DNA of 64,000 bases, from positions 1-64,000 of IMG/VR virus record IMGVR_UViG_3300037067_015069; one strand, given 5' to 3'. A program made the position numbers and the translations under genes. Positions 8,801-19,035 of the stretch are shown in pieces (within the stretch, counting starts at the first letter, position 1; each line of letters begins with the position of its first letter). The notes below the pieces were generated by a model that did not search any database, was not told the origin of the DNA, and saw only the letters and a program-made list of their open reading frames with translations. This stretch comes from an uncultured virus (IMG/VR IMGVR_UViG_3300037067_015069) (Duplodnaviria; Heunggongvirae; Uroviricota; Caudoviricetes).

Positions 8801-11457
8801 GTAGCAGTAGACAACCCAGAAACAGTTAGTAATGCTTGCTTTTGTCTAGTACTGACAACCATCCTGTAAGTAGAAAGGGCTCCGGACCATGGAGTTTCAA
8901 AAAATACCTGAGGATATTTATTCCCAAACTTGTTAATTGGAGTTGTGGGAAACGCCGGGGTTACGGCAAGGGTTGTAACCCCAGTGGGTTGAACTATAAC
9001 AGAAGTAGCTGTGTAGATTCCTATTTGGGTACCGGAAAGAATTTGAAATCTACTTCCGGATCTTAAATCTTGCGGAGAAGTGGCAGTAGGAACCGCTATT
9101 GTATTAGCATCTGTAATTGTACCTGTAACTTCTGGTCCAATATTCCAACCTGATATTAGATTTATTTTGTTGGTGTCTTTTAGTATTCCAATATGCTCAA
9201 CACCATTTATGAACAAAGCCCCAACTAAATATAGGTATCTTTCGTCATAAAAACCGAACCCAACTCCAGTAAACACGCCATCGGTATGCAGAATATTTGT
9301 GTTAGTGCTTTTTAGCAAAGAAGCGGAGTCTTCAATCTGAAATCTTCCGATAACCGAGACTGTTGCGGGAAAAGAAAAATCCTCATCTTTGTAATAATAG
9401 GCAATAGGTGGGTCAAGTGGGATGTAGGAACCAACTCTAGAATCTACCAGAGTGTATGTACCCGCATTTATATCAACAGCACCTGAATCCGTACCCAATA
9501 AGGTCCAAGGAGGTACCGAAGCGTTAGGTCCTTGAGTGCCATCATAAGCTACAGAAACTCCAACAGGAAGCCGTTCGAAAGCTTCTGCAGAAGGCTCATG
9601 TGGGCTTTGGTTTAGCCTTAAAGAGGTAGGGTCCCCGATTAAAGCCGTATATTCTCTTTCGTACCCCAAGTACCGATGACCTATCAGCAAAGGCTCTTGT
9701 TTATACCCAACCCCACCTAAAACCACACCCATGGAGAAACCAGGATAGCCCACAGCTCCTTTAGGGTGTGTGGAATCTTGAATTTGATATCCATGGGATC
9801 CAGGAGTTAGGGTTTCCGTATATACCCCGTTTCCTGGAATTCGTTCCCATTTATTAAGCACCAAACCTTCAGTATTCAAACCCATTTCAAAAACAGGCTT
9901 GTGGAACCAGTAGTAAGTAACGGTCACATCGGGAACTAAACTTAGTACTACTGGATTCGTTAGGACTACCTTACCGGTATACGGATTAATTTCTTTTACA
10001 GAAACCGCTACCCCACCTACCTCGACAACTACATCAGTCAGCCCGGCAGGCGTCCAGTCTCCCCAATTTTTGACTAACGGTCCTTGCTGCGTAAAAAAAG
10101 TGTCATTTGTCGCGGGCGCGACCCCATGGAAAAAAGCCCCCACATCTTCGATCTCTCTCCTGGGAGCCTGAACACCTGCCCTATCTACTACTAGTGTATA
10201 AGATTGTCCTGTAGCCGCCACCTTCATTCTAGTTCGTAGCCGTAACATGCTAGGGGCTACAATGACTTGAGTTCCAGGACCCACAGCTTTTCCAACAGGG
10301 CCGCCATACAGACCCGCCACAGTCTTTAGCCTGTAACTACCAGCATTAGGACCTGTAAGCAGGGTTAGAATCTCCCCTTCCTCTGCTAAAGACCAATCCT
10401 GGGATAGGTCTACTAACATATCCCCAACTACTGTTACAAAGCCTGTTAGACCGGTAGGGGAGGTAGTGTAGGCTCGTGCGATTGAGTCATCCCCCACAGG
10501 GAAATAACGCACCTCAGAAATCTGAAAATGTCCCTCGTACCCCTCTGAAGTAGAAGTTAACTGAATAGAGTTTGGGCCGGTTAGGATTGTAAGTTCTGCC
10601 CCAGGCAGAATAGAAGAAAAATCCCTAGTTGGATCATTAAACAACGTTCTATCGGTAAGGGTTTCTCCCGCAGTTCCTGTAATCTGAACCGCACCTTGCC
10701 AATATTTTCGTAAATCATGATAATGGTAATCCGTTAAATTATAGGAAACCACATCTGAAAAAACAGGAGTAAAGGTTTCTTTGAAAACATGTCGGTAATC
10801 ATATAAAGTATGTGCAGGTTTAAGTGCCCGAAGTACAAGGGCTACGTTATTTTGTAATGCTATCGGATCTGTTGGGAATTCAGAATCCCCTAAACTATTT
10901 AATTGATTTATGTTTACTTCAAAAGTAAACATATCGTCTGATCCCCAAGCGGAACCTGGATTTTTTCTAGCCAACACTCCTTTTTCAATAATTTCTACGG
11001 TAGCTTCTGTTAAAAGCCCCACTCCAGACTTTATCGTTGCTGCAGTGGCCCCTTGCAGCAGTAACTGAACCATTCTTTGCAGAAAAGTTCTATAGGTCAA
11101 GTCTCCTTCTAAATCGGGATATCCAGTTACAGCAGCATCTGGGAATACTAAAGACCCAATAATTTGAAAAAGAACTTCAGACCTGGTGTAGTCAAATACT
11201 GAATCTGCCATAACCTCTTGTGCAGTTATTTGAAATTCTGCAATCTGTTCGGCCATAGCCTGAAGTTGGATAGTGTAGAAAGGACCGCTAATTTGACTGA
11301 CATAGTTCGAGGGGAGTACCTGTAGGAAAGCCTCCATGATCCTATCTACTTGATCCCGAACCACATCCTTACGCCCCTGACTGTCCTTTTCAAAAGGTGC
11401 AGGATTTTGCATAATCAATGAGGGCAACATAACCTTATCTTCAGGCTGATTAGCCAT
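5866..11457 (-). CDS. Baseplate wedge/tail-fibre attachment protein (P2 gpI / T4 gp7-like N-terminus, long beta-rich extension; 1863 aa)
   Basis: Follows baseplate J; N-terminal LQVLPSNY...YRTFL...LLLQGAT...LRALKPAHT pattern is typical of gpI-like wedge proteins; beta-rich and lectin-like segments follow. Confidence 0.7.
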   Translation of the reverse strand: MANQPEDKVMLPSLIMQNPAPFEKDSQGRKDVVRDQVDRIMEAFLQVLPSNYVSQISGPFYTIQLQAMAEQIAEFQITAQEVMADSVFDYTRSEVLFQIIGSLVFPDAAVTGYPDLEGDLTYRTFLQRMVQLLLQGATAATIKSGVGLLTEATVEIIEKGVLARKNPGSAWGSDDMFTFEVNINQLNSLGDSEFPTDPIALQNNVALVLRALKPAHTLYDYRHVFKETFTPVFSDVVSYNLTDYHYHDLRKYWQGAVQITGTAGETLTDRTLFNDPTRDFSSILPGAELTILTGPNSIQLTSTSEGYEGHFQISEVRYFPVGDDSIARAYTTSPTGLTGFVTVVGDMLVDLSQDWSLAEEGEILTLLTGPNAGSYRLKTVAGLYGGPVGKAVGPGTQVIVAPSMLRLRTRMKVAATGQSYTLVVDRAGVQAPRREIEDVGAFFHGVAPATNDTFFTQQGPLVKNWGDWTPAGLTDVVVEVGGVAVSVKEINPYTGKVVLTNPVVLSLVPDVTVTYYWFHKPVFEMGLNTEGLVLNKWERIPGNGVYTETLTPGSHGYQIQDSTHPKGAVGYPGFSMGVVLGGVGYKQEPLLIGHRYLGYEREYTALIGDPTSLRLNQSPHEPSAEAFERLPVGVSVAYDGTQGPNASVPPWTLLGTDSGAVDINAGTYTLVDSRVGSYIPLDPPIAYYYKDEDFSFPATVSVIGRFQIEDSASLLKSTNTNILHTDGVFTGVGFGFYDERYLYLVGALFINGVEHIGILKDTNKINLISGWNIGPEVTGTITDANTIAVPTATSPQDLRSGSRFQILSGTQIGIYTATSVIVQPTGVTTLAVTPAFPTTPINKFGNKYPQVFFETPWSGALSTYRMVVSTRQKQALLTVSGLSTATIVSVRGTSIPQPSQSSLALFTQPSGPKVFWGSLSYEACSRTKWSFLRYGVVPDDAYVRQHVKALNAEMSVLPENDGFYEWTTTQNFGYSKLERAGLLLKSTSAHTDLDFSFAYTRTEPLFVRDSNIDFRASFYVASGVLGCGDAQVLLNDGTREVRMGSLLFYEDAGQDPYRKLIDLPKITLSGIWTASNQGWTLVSGSTGTATCHESDLVVTQTSGHSLSYRKILSGMGSPYVETASLVADAYFAVDSYIGDILNTTGIGFNADVGAAFNVGVRLRGGVSPTVQLITLAGVVVQQYSFDWDDEEFHDYRLVISSGVVSLFLDDTIQVPTENLFNFPGGSGTYTCTFGSYTIPSSTTSVVRWRSVGFSGLPDSIAGVHRTLGIFSGSDTTDIDHWSIPRVDGTTALNSSGLALVEEMDWRNDSEIRLLRDPKWGVTLYRPDMPNPPTHTVPAEFVTEIADTKEGWVNVEYSRLPYRPVKFGYVTFGASDKRSFTQQHWSWVRCRLFKPDTDDYIAPQNMVLNWANTVSSGDRKLDSDLETVYIQTLDTRRVSLKPTNIYASSIYKIIDGSTIYTRESFTFDVYSQTITLSQDSAGNDLYFSGGHAAVTIMFIAGSPVTTTYLLTQPLLDSAILLNENTPVFQKNQLGDPIFSVGSAPTGPGDDKTYQVAVGTSGVLNSGLSTLADSVDMGEVLPGYEVRVLSGTGTGTYTVTGVAGHIVSIVPAPPINETGVVWEIWGGFSLGAPAGNLAVFTADPESLYASMQFFEVTNDGWSGLLSTPYDGEPWQIDLSGTMVWQPMPAPMPVPSVQDQKAGIPGAILFASGGSYLGPVVDDTGTIINIKPLGGTVGPGTAVLYPSGRPATQWAVFQTNWDGGGSIWDGGATTWEYMQELDLPVQYVTFQTYWDGGISSWDGGATFWDWDTGVPVPTPIKPPMVQTEWYYSDLQSESLVSRLVGRVTFDLRDMGGGAVDYWQVAT

Positions 11458-14400
11458 TAGCGCCGCCTTCCTGCTACTAGAGCTGAATAGTCAGTGTCCT
11501 CATCATACACAAACTCAAGGTCCCCTAAAATTAAATACTCAGTAGGACCAGTTTCTATGTTTTTCACCCCGGAATCGCCGTAAACAACATAAGTGGCTTG
11601 GTACACAACATCTTCTGGTAATGAGCCCTTAGAGACGGTTACTAAGATCCGATCCTGTGTGATTTCCATTCTTTTATCTGCGAGTTCTCCCGCAGAAGCA
11701 AAAGGATATAGCACCTGTAAAGTAACATCATCACTATATCCAGGAATCCACAAACCGTCATTGCCAATAATAAATGATCCGTTAATGCTGTTTTTTAAAG
11801 GAACCCCATTATTATTTGGTGCTACAGTGTTATTAGACAACAACACTTCATCAGCAAAAACTCCACGAAAATCGTTTATCTCTCCCCCACTATCTGGAGT
11901 TCCGGAAGTTAGCTTTTGGGTAAGCAAATACGTGTCTACCAGATTTGTGCCCCAAGAAGAAATTAACACTGAATCGACCCCAGATTGATCCGTAGGAATT
12001 TCTTCTCTGACTACAATGCTATCGTCAGACTTGCACAATTTAGTCAGGGGGGAAACTACATAAGACACCCCCGAGGCAGAATCGATTGCCCCAATAACAT
12101 CTGATTGACGTAGAGGCTGACCTAAGGATAGCGTGCCAAACAAGCGAGCCAAATTTGTTCTTACAAAACCATCTACTGTTGGCACAGATTGCCCTTTTTG
12201 CAAAACTACTGTGGCATGAATGTCTACTCCAATTGGGATAGCTTCCTTAGTTAGAACATCCGCAGTAACATGCCGATCAGCATCAATAGAAGATTGTGCT
12301 AACGAAACTAAGCTATTAGATTGATAGTCAACTACGAAATTTTCATCATGTTGGTAATCTATCAAGATCTCTTGACCCACTACTAACGTGGTTCCAGAAG
12401 TTAATCGTATTCCTAACGGAATTTCTCCAGATTCCGCCTCAAAACTAAAATCTGCAGTTCCTGATGGGTGGTACGGTCCAACATACTCAACACTTCGATC
12501 CAGATTATATACTCGAACAGTAAGGGGGTTTGCTCCTAGATAAAACAGATACTCAATACCACCCAATAAGGTGTGGCGTTCATCCGTTATTACTATTGGT
12601 GTTCCTGACGGAATCGTAATATCTGTGGTTTGGACGACTTGAACATAATCCCCAGATTCTGTTGACCGACCTAACAGAAGCGGGTCGCTCCCATGGAATA
12701 GCATGTAAATTGAAGGGCTAACTGAACCCGTTACCCCACCTACCAAGGAATTTATGACATCGACAGGCTGCCTGAAAAACACATGTTTATTACTTGTTCT
12801 GTAACGGTAAGTACCTCGATATTCATCTGTTATATGAAGGTTTGTTGGGTCATTATAATCTGGGTCTAATTGGATCCCATCTGGAGTAATAAGAGTTGCG
12901 TTAGTTGTGTCCAATACCTGACCTGTTGTTATATTAACGAAACCATAACCCCAATCTGGTTGGCTGATCATTTCTATGATAGGATTATCTGTTGTCAACG
13001 CGGAGTTGACAGCTCGGAATCTAAGATCTGACAGATCTCCTACGGGTTCAAATTGACCATTAAGCACTAACTCAAAACTGAATGCAAAGGAATCTGTTAC
13101 ATCTGTTGGGTTTCCCCCACGTAACCAAATATCAACCTTACCTCCAGTATGCTTTCCAGTACTTGGATCGTAATCTCGATACATTAACCCATGGCTAGAT
13201 TCTACCTCGTTAGCTTGCTGAACCCCTGAAACCTGAATTGCTTTCTGAGTGTATCCCCGATAGGTTCCTGAGTCTACTGCAGACAAAACTCCAGTAGCCC
13301 GCGCCGCTAAAGCTCGATTCGATTCTGAATCCGCGCCCCCAAAGGTAGAACCTTCATTAAGGGCTAATACTCCGGAGATACCGCTAACCGTTCTAATTTG
13401 ACCCGCAGTCACATTTCCAGAGCTACCCGTGGACTCTGCCTGGATAAAAGCCCGAGTGTAGTAGTGCCCTGTATTGGGGTCGTAGGAAGAACCGGCTCCA
13501 GTCGGAGAAATTTGTGCGGCTGAAGTTGTACGAAAACGGATCCCACCACCAATCAAAAGAGTCCCAATCGGGATAGGTTTTGTGGTGGTAGGTCTAGCAG
13601 ATACATATAGGGTAACCTCTCCACGCGCCCGAGTACCGGAACTTCTAGTTACCCCATATCGTGCAGCCAATTGATCAAAACAATTATCAATTAAATTTTG
13701 AACCGCCTGGTCATCTTTTAGGAAAAACGCTTGTTTTAATGCAAGTTTATAAGCTGATTGATTTACAGGAATAGACACTCCAGAATTATTAGGATCAGCA
13801 ATTGACAGTAATGTGGCAAAAGACTGGCAAGCTTGTAGAAAGCCCACAATAAATCTAATTCTTTCTGCTTCAGTAGAGAAAGGATCTATATAAGTATCCC
13901 TTAACACAGAACCTGGCTTTATGTCCACTTCTGGGTGAGATCTAAAAATGCTCAGAGTTGTATCACGTACGATTTGTTGTCTGGATACTACTGGCAAAGT
14001 TGTTAGTGCCGGAGTTACAATTAAAGGAGACGCCGCCAACTCAGGAGATAGTGAAGATTCATATTCAGAAGCGTCAATGAGATACACCGCGGCAACTGCG
14101 TAATATAATGGATCTGTATCTGGTATGGCACTAAACTCAGCATTTGGAATAGCTGGGTTTATTGCAGAAGAAGCATTAGATCGCCTATCATGAATAAAAC
14201 TAAATCTCTGTACCTGGCGAACTGAAGAAACTTGAACTAATGCCCTTACCTGATCCGTAGTATCTGGAACTGCTAGGGATTGGTTGAAATCTGTTTGCAA
14301 AACAGTGCCGAATTGATTAATTTGGGTACCTATAAAATTCAAATACATCGGATCTGCTGCATGAACTCCACCGGAAAGAGCGATGCTGGCATCAACGGTC

Positions 14401-14951
14401 ATTTCCCCAAGAGACGTTACTTCTTCCGCAGTATCCCCAGTTATAACCATAGCTGGGTTTATTTGTCTGTATCCTGTAGTGCCGCCGCCAGGAGAAACTG
14501 AAGCGTAAAAATTATAACCAACTACATTAGGATCATCTAACCCTTCAACTGTTATTTTAATGTACCTGTCAAAGCGTTCTACAAAAACCCCACTGGGAGC
14601 AATAACGGCAACCTGCTGATCTCGTTCTAAGGACAGTGTGGCTTGTATTACCCCAGGTGCAGTAACCTCACCATTAAACAGGATGGCTTTAACTTCTATT
14701 ATGTTGTCGCCGGGATAAAGCTGTAGTCCATCAGGATAGGCAGAAGGGTTGGGAATACTAAAAGATGTCCCCTCAAACAATATTAAATCAGGACTGGAGC
14801 TAAAAGCAGCTCCTCTTACAGATACCTGCATATCTACAGTATCTGAATCCATAGACCCAGTAAAAAATCTGGAGGAAATATCTGTGGTGAAAAGATAGGT
14901 CTCCCTATAGACACCATCAGGACCTAAAAATTTAGGAGTCTTGCTTGCCAC
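11457..14951 (-). CDS. Baseplate J-like wedge protein (T4 gp6 / P2 gpJ family; 1164 aa)
   Basis: DIKPGSVLRD, DQLAARYGVTR...ARGEVT, IQAESTGSSGNV..GQI, GGADSESN..LAAR and GGKVDIW are characteristic baseplate J motifs; GTG start. Confidence 0.85.
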   Translation of the reverse strand: MASKTPKFLGPDGVYRETYLFTTDISSRFFTGSMDSDTVDMQVSVRGAAFSSSPDLILFEGTSFSIPNPSAYPDGLQLYPGDNIIEVKAILFNGEVTAPGVIQATLSLERDQQVAVIAPSGVFVERFDRYIKITVEGLDDPNVVGYNFYASVSPGGGTTGYRQINPAMVITGDTAEEVTSLGEMTVDASIALSGGVHAADPMYLNFIGTQINQFGTVLQTDFNQSLAVPDTTDQVRALVQVSSVRQVQRFSFIHDRRSNASSAINPAIPNAEFSAIPDTDPLYYAVAAVYLIDASEYESSLSPELAASPLIVTPALTTLPVVSRQQIVRDTTLSIFRSHPEVDIKPGSVLRDTYIDPFSTEAERIRFIVGFLQACQSFATLLSIADPNNSGVSIPVNQSAYKLALKQAFFLKDDQAVQNLIDNCFDQLAARYGVTRSSGTRARGEVTLYVSARPTTTKPIPIGTLLIGGGIRFRTTSAAQISPTGAGSSYDPNTGHYYTRAFIQAESTGSSGNVTAGQIRTVSGISGVLALNEGSTFGGADSESNRALAARATGVLSAVDSGTYRGYTQKAIQVSGVQQANEVESSHGLMYRDYDPSTGKHTGGKVDIWLRGGNPTDVTDSFAFSFELVLNGQFEPVGDLSDLRFRAVNSALTTDNPIIEMISQPDWGYGFVNITTGQVLDTTNATLITPDGIQLDPDYNDPTNLHITDEYRGTYRYRTSNKHVFFRQPVDVINSLVGGVTGSVSPSIYMLFHGSDPLLLGRSTESGDYVQVVQTTDITIPSGTPIVITDERHTLLGGIEYLFYLGANPLTVRVYNLDRSVEYVGPYHPSGTADFSFEAESGEIPLGIRLTSGTTLVVGQEILIDYQHDENFVVDYQSNSLVSLAQSSIDADRHVTADVLTKEAIPIGVDIHATVVLQKGQSVPTVDGFVRTNLARLFGTLSLGQPLRQSDVIGAIDSASGVSYVVSPLTKLCKSDDSIVVREEIPTDQSGVDSVLISSWGTNLVDTYLLTQKLTSGTPDSGGEINDFRGVFADEVLLSNNTVAPNNNGVPLKNSINGSFIIGNDGLWIPGYSDDVTLQVLYPFASAGELADKRMEITQDRILVTVSKGSLPEDVVYQATYVVYGDSGVKNIETGPTEYLILGDLEFVYDEDTDYSALVAGRRR

Positions 14952-14955
14952 TAAC

Positions 14956-16107
14956 CTAGCTCCTTAACAGTCCAGGAATCTGGTTCTGTGCTTGTAACTG
15001 TACCGCATCAGGTCCTAATAGTAATCCGTTGGAGCCCATCAGGGCAACTACATTAGGAACAGTAAACACAATAGAAAGATCAATTGGTTGGGAAGACGCA
15101 TTTTGTATCGTTACATTTACTTGGAACGTTGTAGGGTCTTGCGCATGAGGTAATACTTCAACTTGCAGTATCGAATAGAGCCTTTCTTTGAAAGAAACTT
15201 GTTGAAATTTTGACTGTTCCCCCTGCAGAGTTTGGAAACGTGTCAACGCACGACGAACATCTTCATTAAGCAAAGCTGCCACTCCAGATACAGCTTTTGT
15301 CCCAATTCTAGTTTTTATATCTGCCCCATACCAAGGGTGATAAGGATTGCTTCCTTTGTTAGTCAGTAACATTTTTAAAGAAGCTTGGTATAAAAGGTTT
15401 TCATCCTGAATCATAAGTGCTTGACCATCTACAGTAAATCGATAATCATTTTCTATGTAGGCCCCCCCACACCTTAAACACCTATGTCCAGGAACAGTAT
15501 AAGTAACTTTAAAGATAGGATTACCTTTAACAGGGTAGTCAAATTTAGGATATCTATTAGTTATCTCATCAGGTCTTTTATAAAGTCTCCAGCCAGGGTA
15601 AAGCTGCACGCCCAAAGCATTTCTTTGGTATGAATTAACCCCCGCAACCCCAAAACCCAAAGATCCGGCTGCAGAACCCGACACAGTAACAAAAGAATCT
15701 GGTCCAACTGCTACAGTATCTGCAAAAACTAAATGCCCGTTATAATTTGAAACTTCTGCAACAGAAAAATTTGCCCTTTGTAGTTTTTTTAGAATTTCAT
15801 CTGCTGTTAGTCTGGCTGTTCCATGAATACCTAAAGAGACGCTACTTGTTCCTGCGGGAGTAGTAACATTCAACACATCTTCATTCTCAATTAGATCAAA
15901 AGGTCCCGACATCGTTCCGTATAACTGTGCGGAAGAAAATAAACCAGACTGGGGAACAAACATTTCATCGTTTACTAAAACCCTAACCGTTCCTGAGTTA
16001 GCCACAGGTTGACGAGTATTTAGGGTTCTACGATCGGCTCCTAGTGTGACCACCTCTTCCATAGTTAAATGGGGACAAGGCCAAGCCAATTGAAAATCGC
16101 GAGACAC
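14956..16107 (-). CDS. Baseplate wedge / sheath initiator, gp25 (gpW)-like C-terminal domain
   Basis: LLYQASLKMLLTNKGSNPYHPWYGADI matches the gp25-like LLTxxGxxxxxPxYG motif; directly upstream of baseplate J; CLRC zinc-knuckle-like segment. Confidence 0.75.
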   Translation of the reverse strand: MSRDFQLAWPCPHLTMEEVVTLGADRRTLNTRQPVANSGTVRVLVNDEMFVPQSGLFSSAQLYGTMSGPFDLIENEDVLNVTTPAGTSSVSLGIHGTARLTADEILKKLQRANFSVAEVSNYNGHLVFADTVAVGPDSFVTVSGSAAGSLGFGVAGVNSYQRNALGVQLYPGWRLYKRPDEITNRYPKFDYPVKGNPIFKVTYTVPGHRCLRCGGAYIENDYRFTVDGQALMIQDENLLYQASLKMLLTNKGSNPYHPWYGADIKTRIGTKAVSGVAALLNEDVRRALTRFQTLQGEQSKFQQVSFKERLYSILQVEVLPHAQDPTTFQVNVTIQNASSQPIDLSIVFTVPNVVALMGSNGLLLGPDAVQLQAQNQIPGLLRS

Positions 16108-16137
16108 GTATATACTCCTAGTTTGTTCCTCCGCCCC

Positions 16138-16168
16138 CTACAGGGCTTCGAATATAGGAAGCAAAACG
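16138..16168 (-). promoter_or_regulatory. Putative late promoter motif copy (CGTT-TTGCTTC-CTATA-N11-GTAG)
   Basis: Intergenic, about 30 nt upstream of the gp25-like gene. Confidence 0.55.
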
Positions 16169-16176
16169 GATAGGTT

Positions 16177-17043
16177 TCAGCCTCCTAAGGAAGAGGCTAA
16201 ATCTGAAGGAAGATCTGGGAACGTAAAAGGAAGGTAGGCATCTGGTCGGTGTCGCGGGGCTACCGCAATCCCATCAGGGCCAGACTCATAAATGATTTTA
16301 GAAATATCTTCAATAAGATTTTGAACTCGAAGTGCTGGATCAAAACGATTTTCATCAAAAGGACCAACCCCAGCCAAGACCCCACCAAAGGCTTGAACCA
16401 AAATTTCATCTCGCTCCAAAACCAACTGTTCTCTTAAATCACTAAGTTTGATAATCCTGGCTTCAATTTCTAAAAGTCTTTCTTTTATGGTCTGATTAGC
16501 CCAAGCTCTAATTTGATGCATTGCACGTACAATGCTATCTGCATCGAAGCCCCCTTGACTGACCCGACCTTGTTGTCGCCCGGGATAAAATTTATCAGAC
16601 CTGATCCAGCCCCCACGATAAGATCCATAACCCGTATCGTCAGTACTCTGTAGGGGCTCATTAGGATTTGAAGACATAGGAGCTAGAACGCCCCCATGAG
16701 GATATTGTTGATTAGATTTTAAATCCTCATCGAAAGAAGTGCTGTCTGGATACATAAAAGAAGAAATATCCAAGGGATTCCCCCCATTTGCAATATATGC
16801 CTGTACTAATCTTTCTAATGAGGACCCAGACGTAACAGAAACACCAATCTTTTCTTCTGTCATTATCGCAGTTCCATCAATAACTTCTGACTTATAAGCT
16901 ACTCTAATAATTCCTATCCTATGTATCTCGGCACTTAAAGTATCTATTCTCGCAGGTAGCTCTCTTCGAGCATTTAAAATCCAACTAGAATAAGCTCTGA
17001 AATAACCTACAGGCCAGACACTTAATTTACTGAACGACCCCAT
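16177..17043 (-). CDS. Hypothetical virion-module protein with coiled-coil segment (288 aa)
   Basis: Long ORF in operon, GGAGG RBS; no family recognised. Confidence 0.6.
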   Translation of the reverse strand: MGSFSKLSVWPVGYFRAYSSWILNARRELPARIDTLSAEIHRIGIIRVAYKSEVIDGTAIMTEEKIGVSVTSGSSLERLVQAYIANGGNPLDISSFMYPDSTSFDEDLKSNQQYPHGGVLAPMSSNPNEPLQSTDDTGYGSYRGGWIRSDKFYPGRQQGRVSQGGFDADSIVRAMHQIRAWANQTIKERLLEIEARIIKLSDLREQLVLERDEILVQAFGGVLAGVGPFDENRFDPALRVQNLIEDISKIIYESGPDGIAVAPRHRPDAYLPFTFPDLPSDLASSLGG

Positions 17044-17052
17044 CCTAACCTC

Positions 17053-19035
17053 CTATAAAACATCTGGTGCAGGATCTGGGGGGACTGGGGGAGGTGCGGG
17101 AAGACCCTCAATCCCTATAGCATCTGGAACCCCTGTATCTTGTGATCCCAAAGTACCGTCTGGAGAAGGATCTACTCCAGGTTCAGGTTTCAATAACCAC
17201 CCTACAATATCCATAGCAGCTCCAGGTCCGAAAGGAATCAAAGCTACTAATCCCGCACCATAAGCCAAAGGACTGTCACTTGGTTTGTTTTGGGCTGAAA
17301 CAAAGTCTGCTAACACCCCTCCGGTTCCATTAGAGGTTAAAGCTAAAGCAGAACATTGAGGTATTTGAAAAGAAAACCCTAATAAGGACTGTAACAAAGC
17401 GTTTATTCTTCTAATAAACTGCTGTAGCTCTACCACCCTAGCTTCTAAATAAGAAATATATCTCATAATCAAAGCCACAATAGAATCTAAAGATCCTTGT
17501 AAAGATTTTATCATATCTAACAAAGAAGACAAACAATCTTCAATACTAGGAAAAGAATCAAAAAACCTGAAAGACCACCATTCCCCATCCGCCAAAGATC
17601 TCCGTGTCGCCGCCGCGGCCACACTGAGCGCTAAAGCTGCTTCTTGGAATAGTTTTCCTCCCTGGTATTTGGCAAATAACCCCCGGCAGAAATACACCCC
17701 TACGTGTTTAGTTGCAGGATCGGTAAACCTTCCGGTTCTATTATACGACCCCCAAGTAGACAAAGTGTTTAAGTCTATAGCAAATACTGGGGAGTGGTCG
17801 GCGGATCCAACGATATTTCGATTTCCTTCTAGTGCCAAGATTGCTCGATAATCGTCATCCGAAAGTTGTATGGAATAGTTGCCAACTTCTCCTTGCCTGC
17901 CCCTAAGATAAACTGCCCAAAGTCCAACAGGTATGGTTTCCTTAAAAGATTCATAGTCAGAAGCCGGGACAGTTTGCCGTATCTCAAACTTGGGATCTTC
18001 CCCTCCTGTGGTACCCTCAATCATATGAGGCTTACGGTCTTGGATCAAACCAGGAGTTTGAAGCCAATTAGACACAATAGACTCTTCACAGTCCAAACTA
18101 TAGGGATTTGCCCCTACCCCGTACCCAACATCTGTCTGTGCCCTTCCTTGAAACGAATCCATAAGTTTAGTGTTTCTTAGATATTCTGGTATGTATATTT
18201 TTATTTCTGGGTGGACTTCTTTGAAAATATCCCCCCAGGTAATGGACCTTAAAGTTTGAGTCTGTTCTACCACAAACCTTTCTACATCTGGCATTGACCC
18301 GCTTTTGTTGTAGATATCATGAGCAGTCTTTTCTATTCTTTGTAAGAGATCAGATCTAAAAGACCCAGGTAGAAAACCTTTTTGTTCTATTGTCCCCCGA
18401 TAATCTTCATACAACAAACCTGCAAGCTGTTTCATGTTTTCCAGCCCACAACGTTGTAGCACAAGATTGTCTACAATATACTTTCCAGCTTGTATTGCCT
18501 GAATAACCTCAGCACTCAACGTATCCTGAACAGAATCCAAAGGAGTTAAATCTGGTCGACTCAAAGCCAACACCAACAAGGCAGTTTGCAGAGCTTTTAT
18601 ATACTCAGCCGTATTGGAATTAGGAAAAGTTATCCTTTGCGGTTCTGACCAATTCCCAATATCTGTAGGTCCAATACCATTCTGCATCGGAACTTGTATA
18701 ACAGGAGCCCCATTGGCAGCATTGACCATCCCACCAAGCAGACTGAAGTCATAAGTAATACCAGAACTAGCTACAGTAGAAGTACAGGAAGCAACCCTAA
18801 CATATAAATTTGTAGCCACTCCAGCATCTTCTATGGTAATCTCCCCATCAGAACCTCGAACAAGCTTACCGTCATGTGGCATATCCTCTAATTTAAGAAC
18901 TTCAGAGAAATCTCCAACAAACGCGGTCGCGCCCACTACAGAAGAAGGGATGTAAAAAGTTTTCTGAAAATAATAGGTACTTCCTTGTTGAAGAAGCTCT
19001 AATGGAATAATCTCATCACTACCTATAGTCCGCAT
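17053..19035 (-). CDS. Hypothetical structural protein, probably the C-terminal part of a single gene with 19023..19925
   Basis: 660-aa ORF overlapping the upstream ORF by 13 nt with no evident RBS; amphipathic helical C-terminus and Pro-rich tail. Confidence 0.55.
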   Translation of the reverse strand: MRTIGSDEIIPLELLQQGSTYYFQKTFYIPSSVVGATAFVGDFSEVLKLEDMPHDGKLVRGSDGEITIEDAGVATNLYVRVASCTSTVASSGITYDFSLLGGMVNAANGAPVIQVPMQNGIGPTDIGNWSEPQRITFPNSNTAEYIKALQTALLVLALSRPDLTPLDSVQDTLSAEVIQAIQAGKYIVDNLVLQRCGLENMKQLAGLLYEDYRGTIEQKGFLPGSFRSDLLQRIEKTAHDIYNKSGSMPDVERFVVEQTQTLRSITWGDIFKEVHPEIKIYIPEYLRNTKLMDSFQGRAQTDVGYGVGANPYSLDCEESIVSNWLQTPGLIQDRKPHMIEGTTGGEDPKFEIRQTVPASDYESFKETIPVGLWAVYLRGRQGEVGNYSIQLSDDDYRAILALEGNRNIVGSADHSPVFAIDLNTLSTWGSYNRTGRFTDPATKHVGVYFCRGLFAKYQGGKLFQEAALALSVAAAATRRSLADGEWWSFRFFDSFPSIEDCLSSLLDMIKSLQGSLDSIVALIMRYISYLEARVVELQQFIRRINALLQSLLGFSFQIPQCSALALTSNGTGGVLADFVSAQNKPSDSPLAYGAGLVALIPFGPGAAMDIVGWLLKPEPGVDPSPDGTLGSQDTGVPDAIGIEGLPAPPPVPPDPAPDVL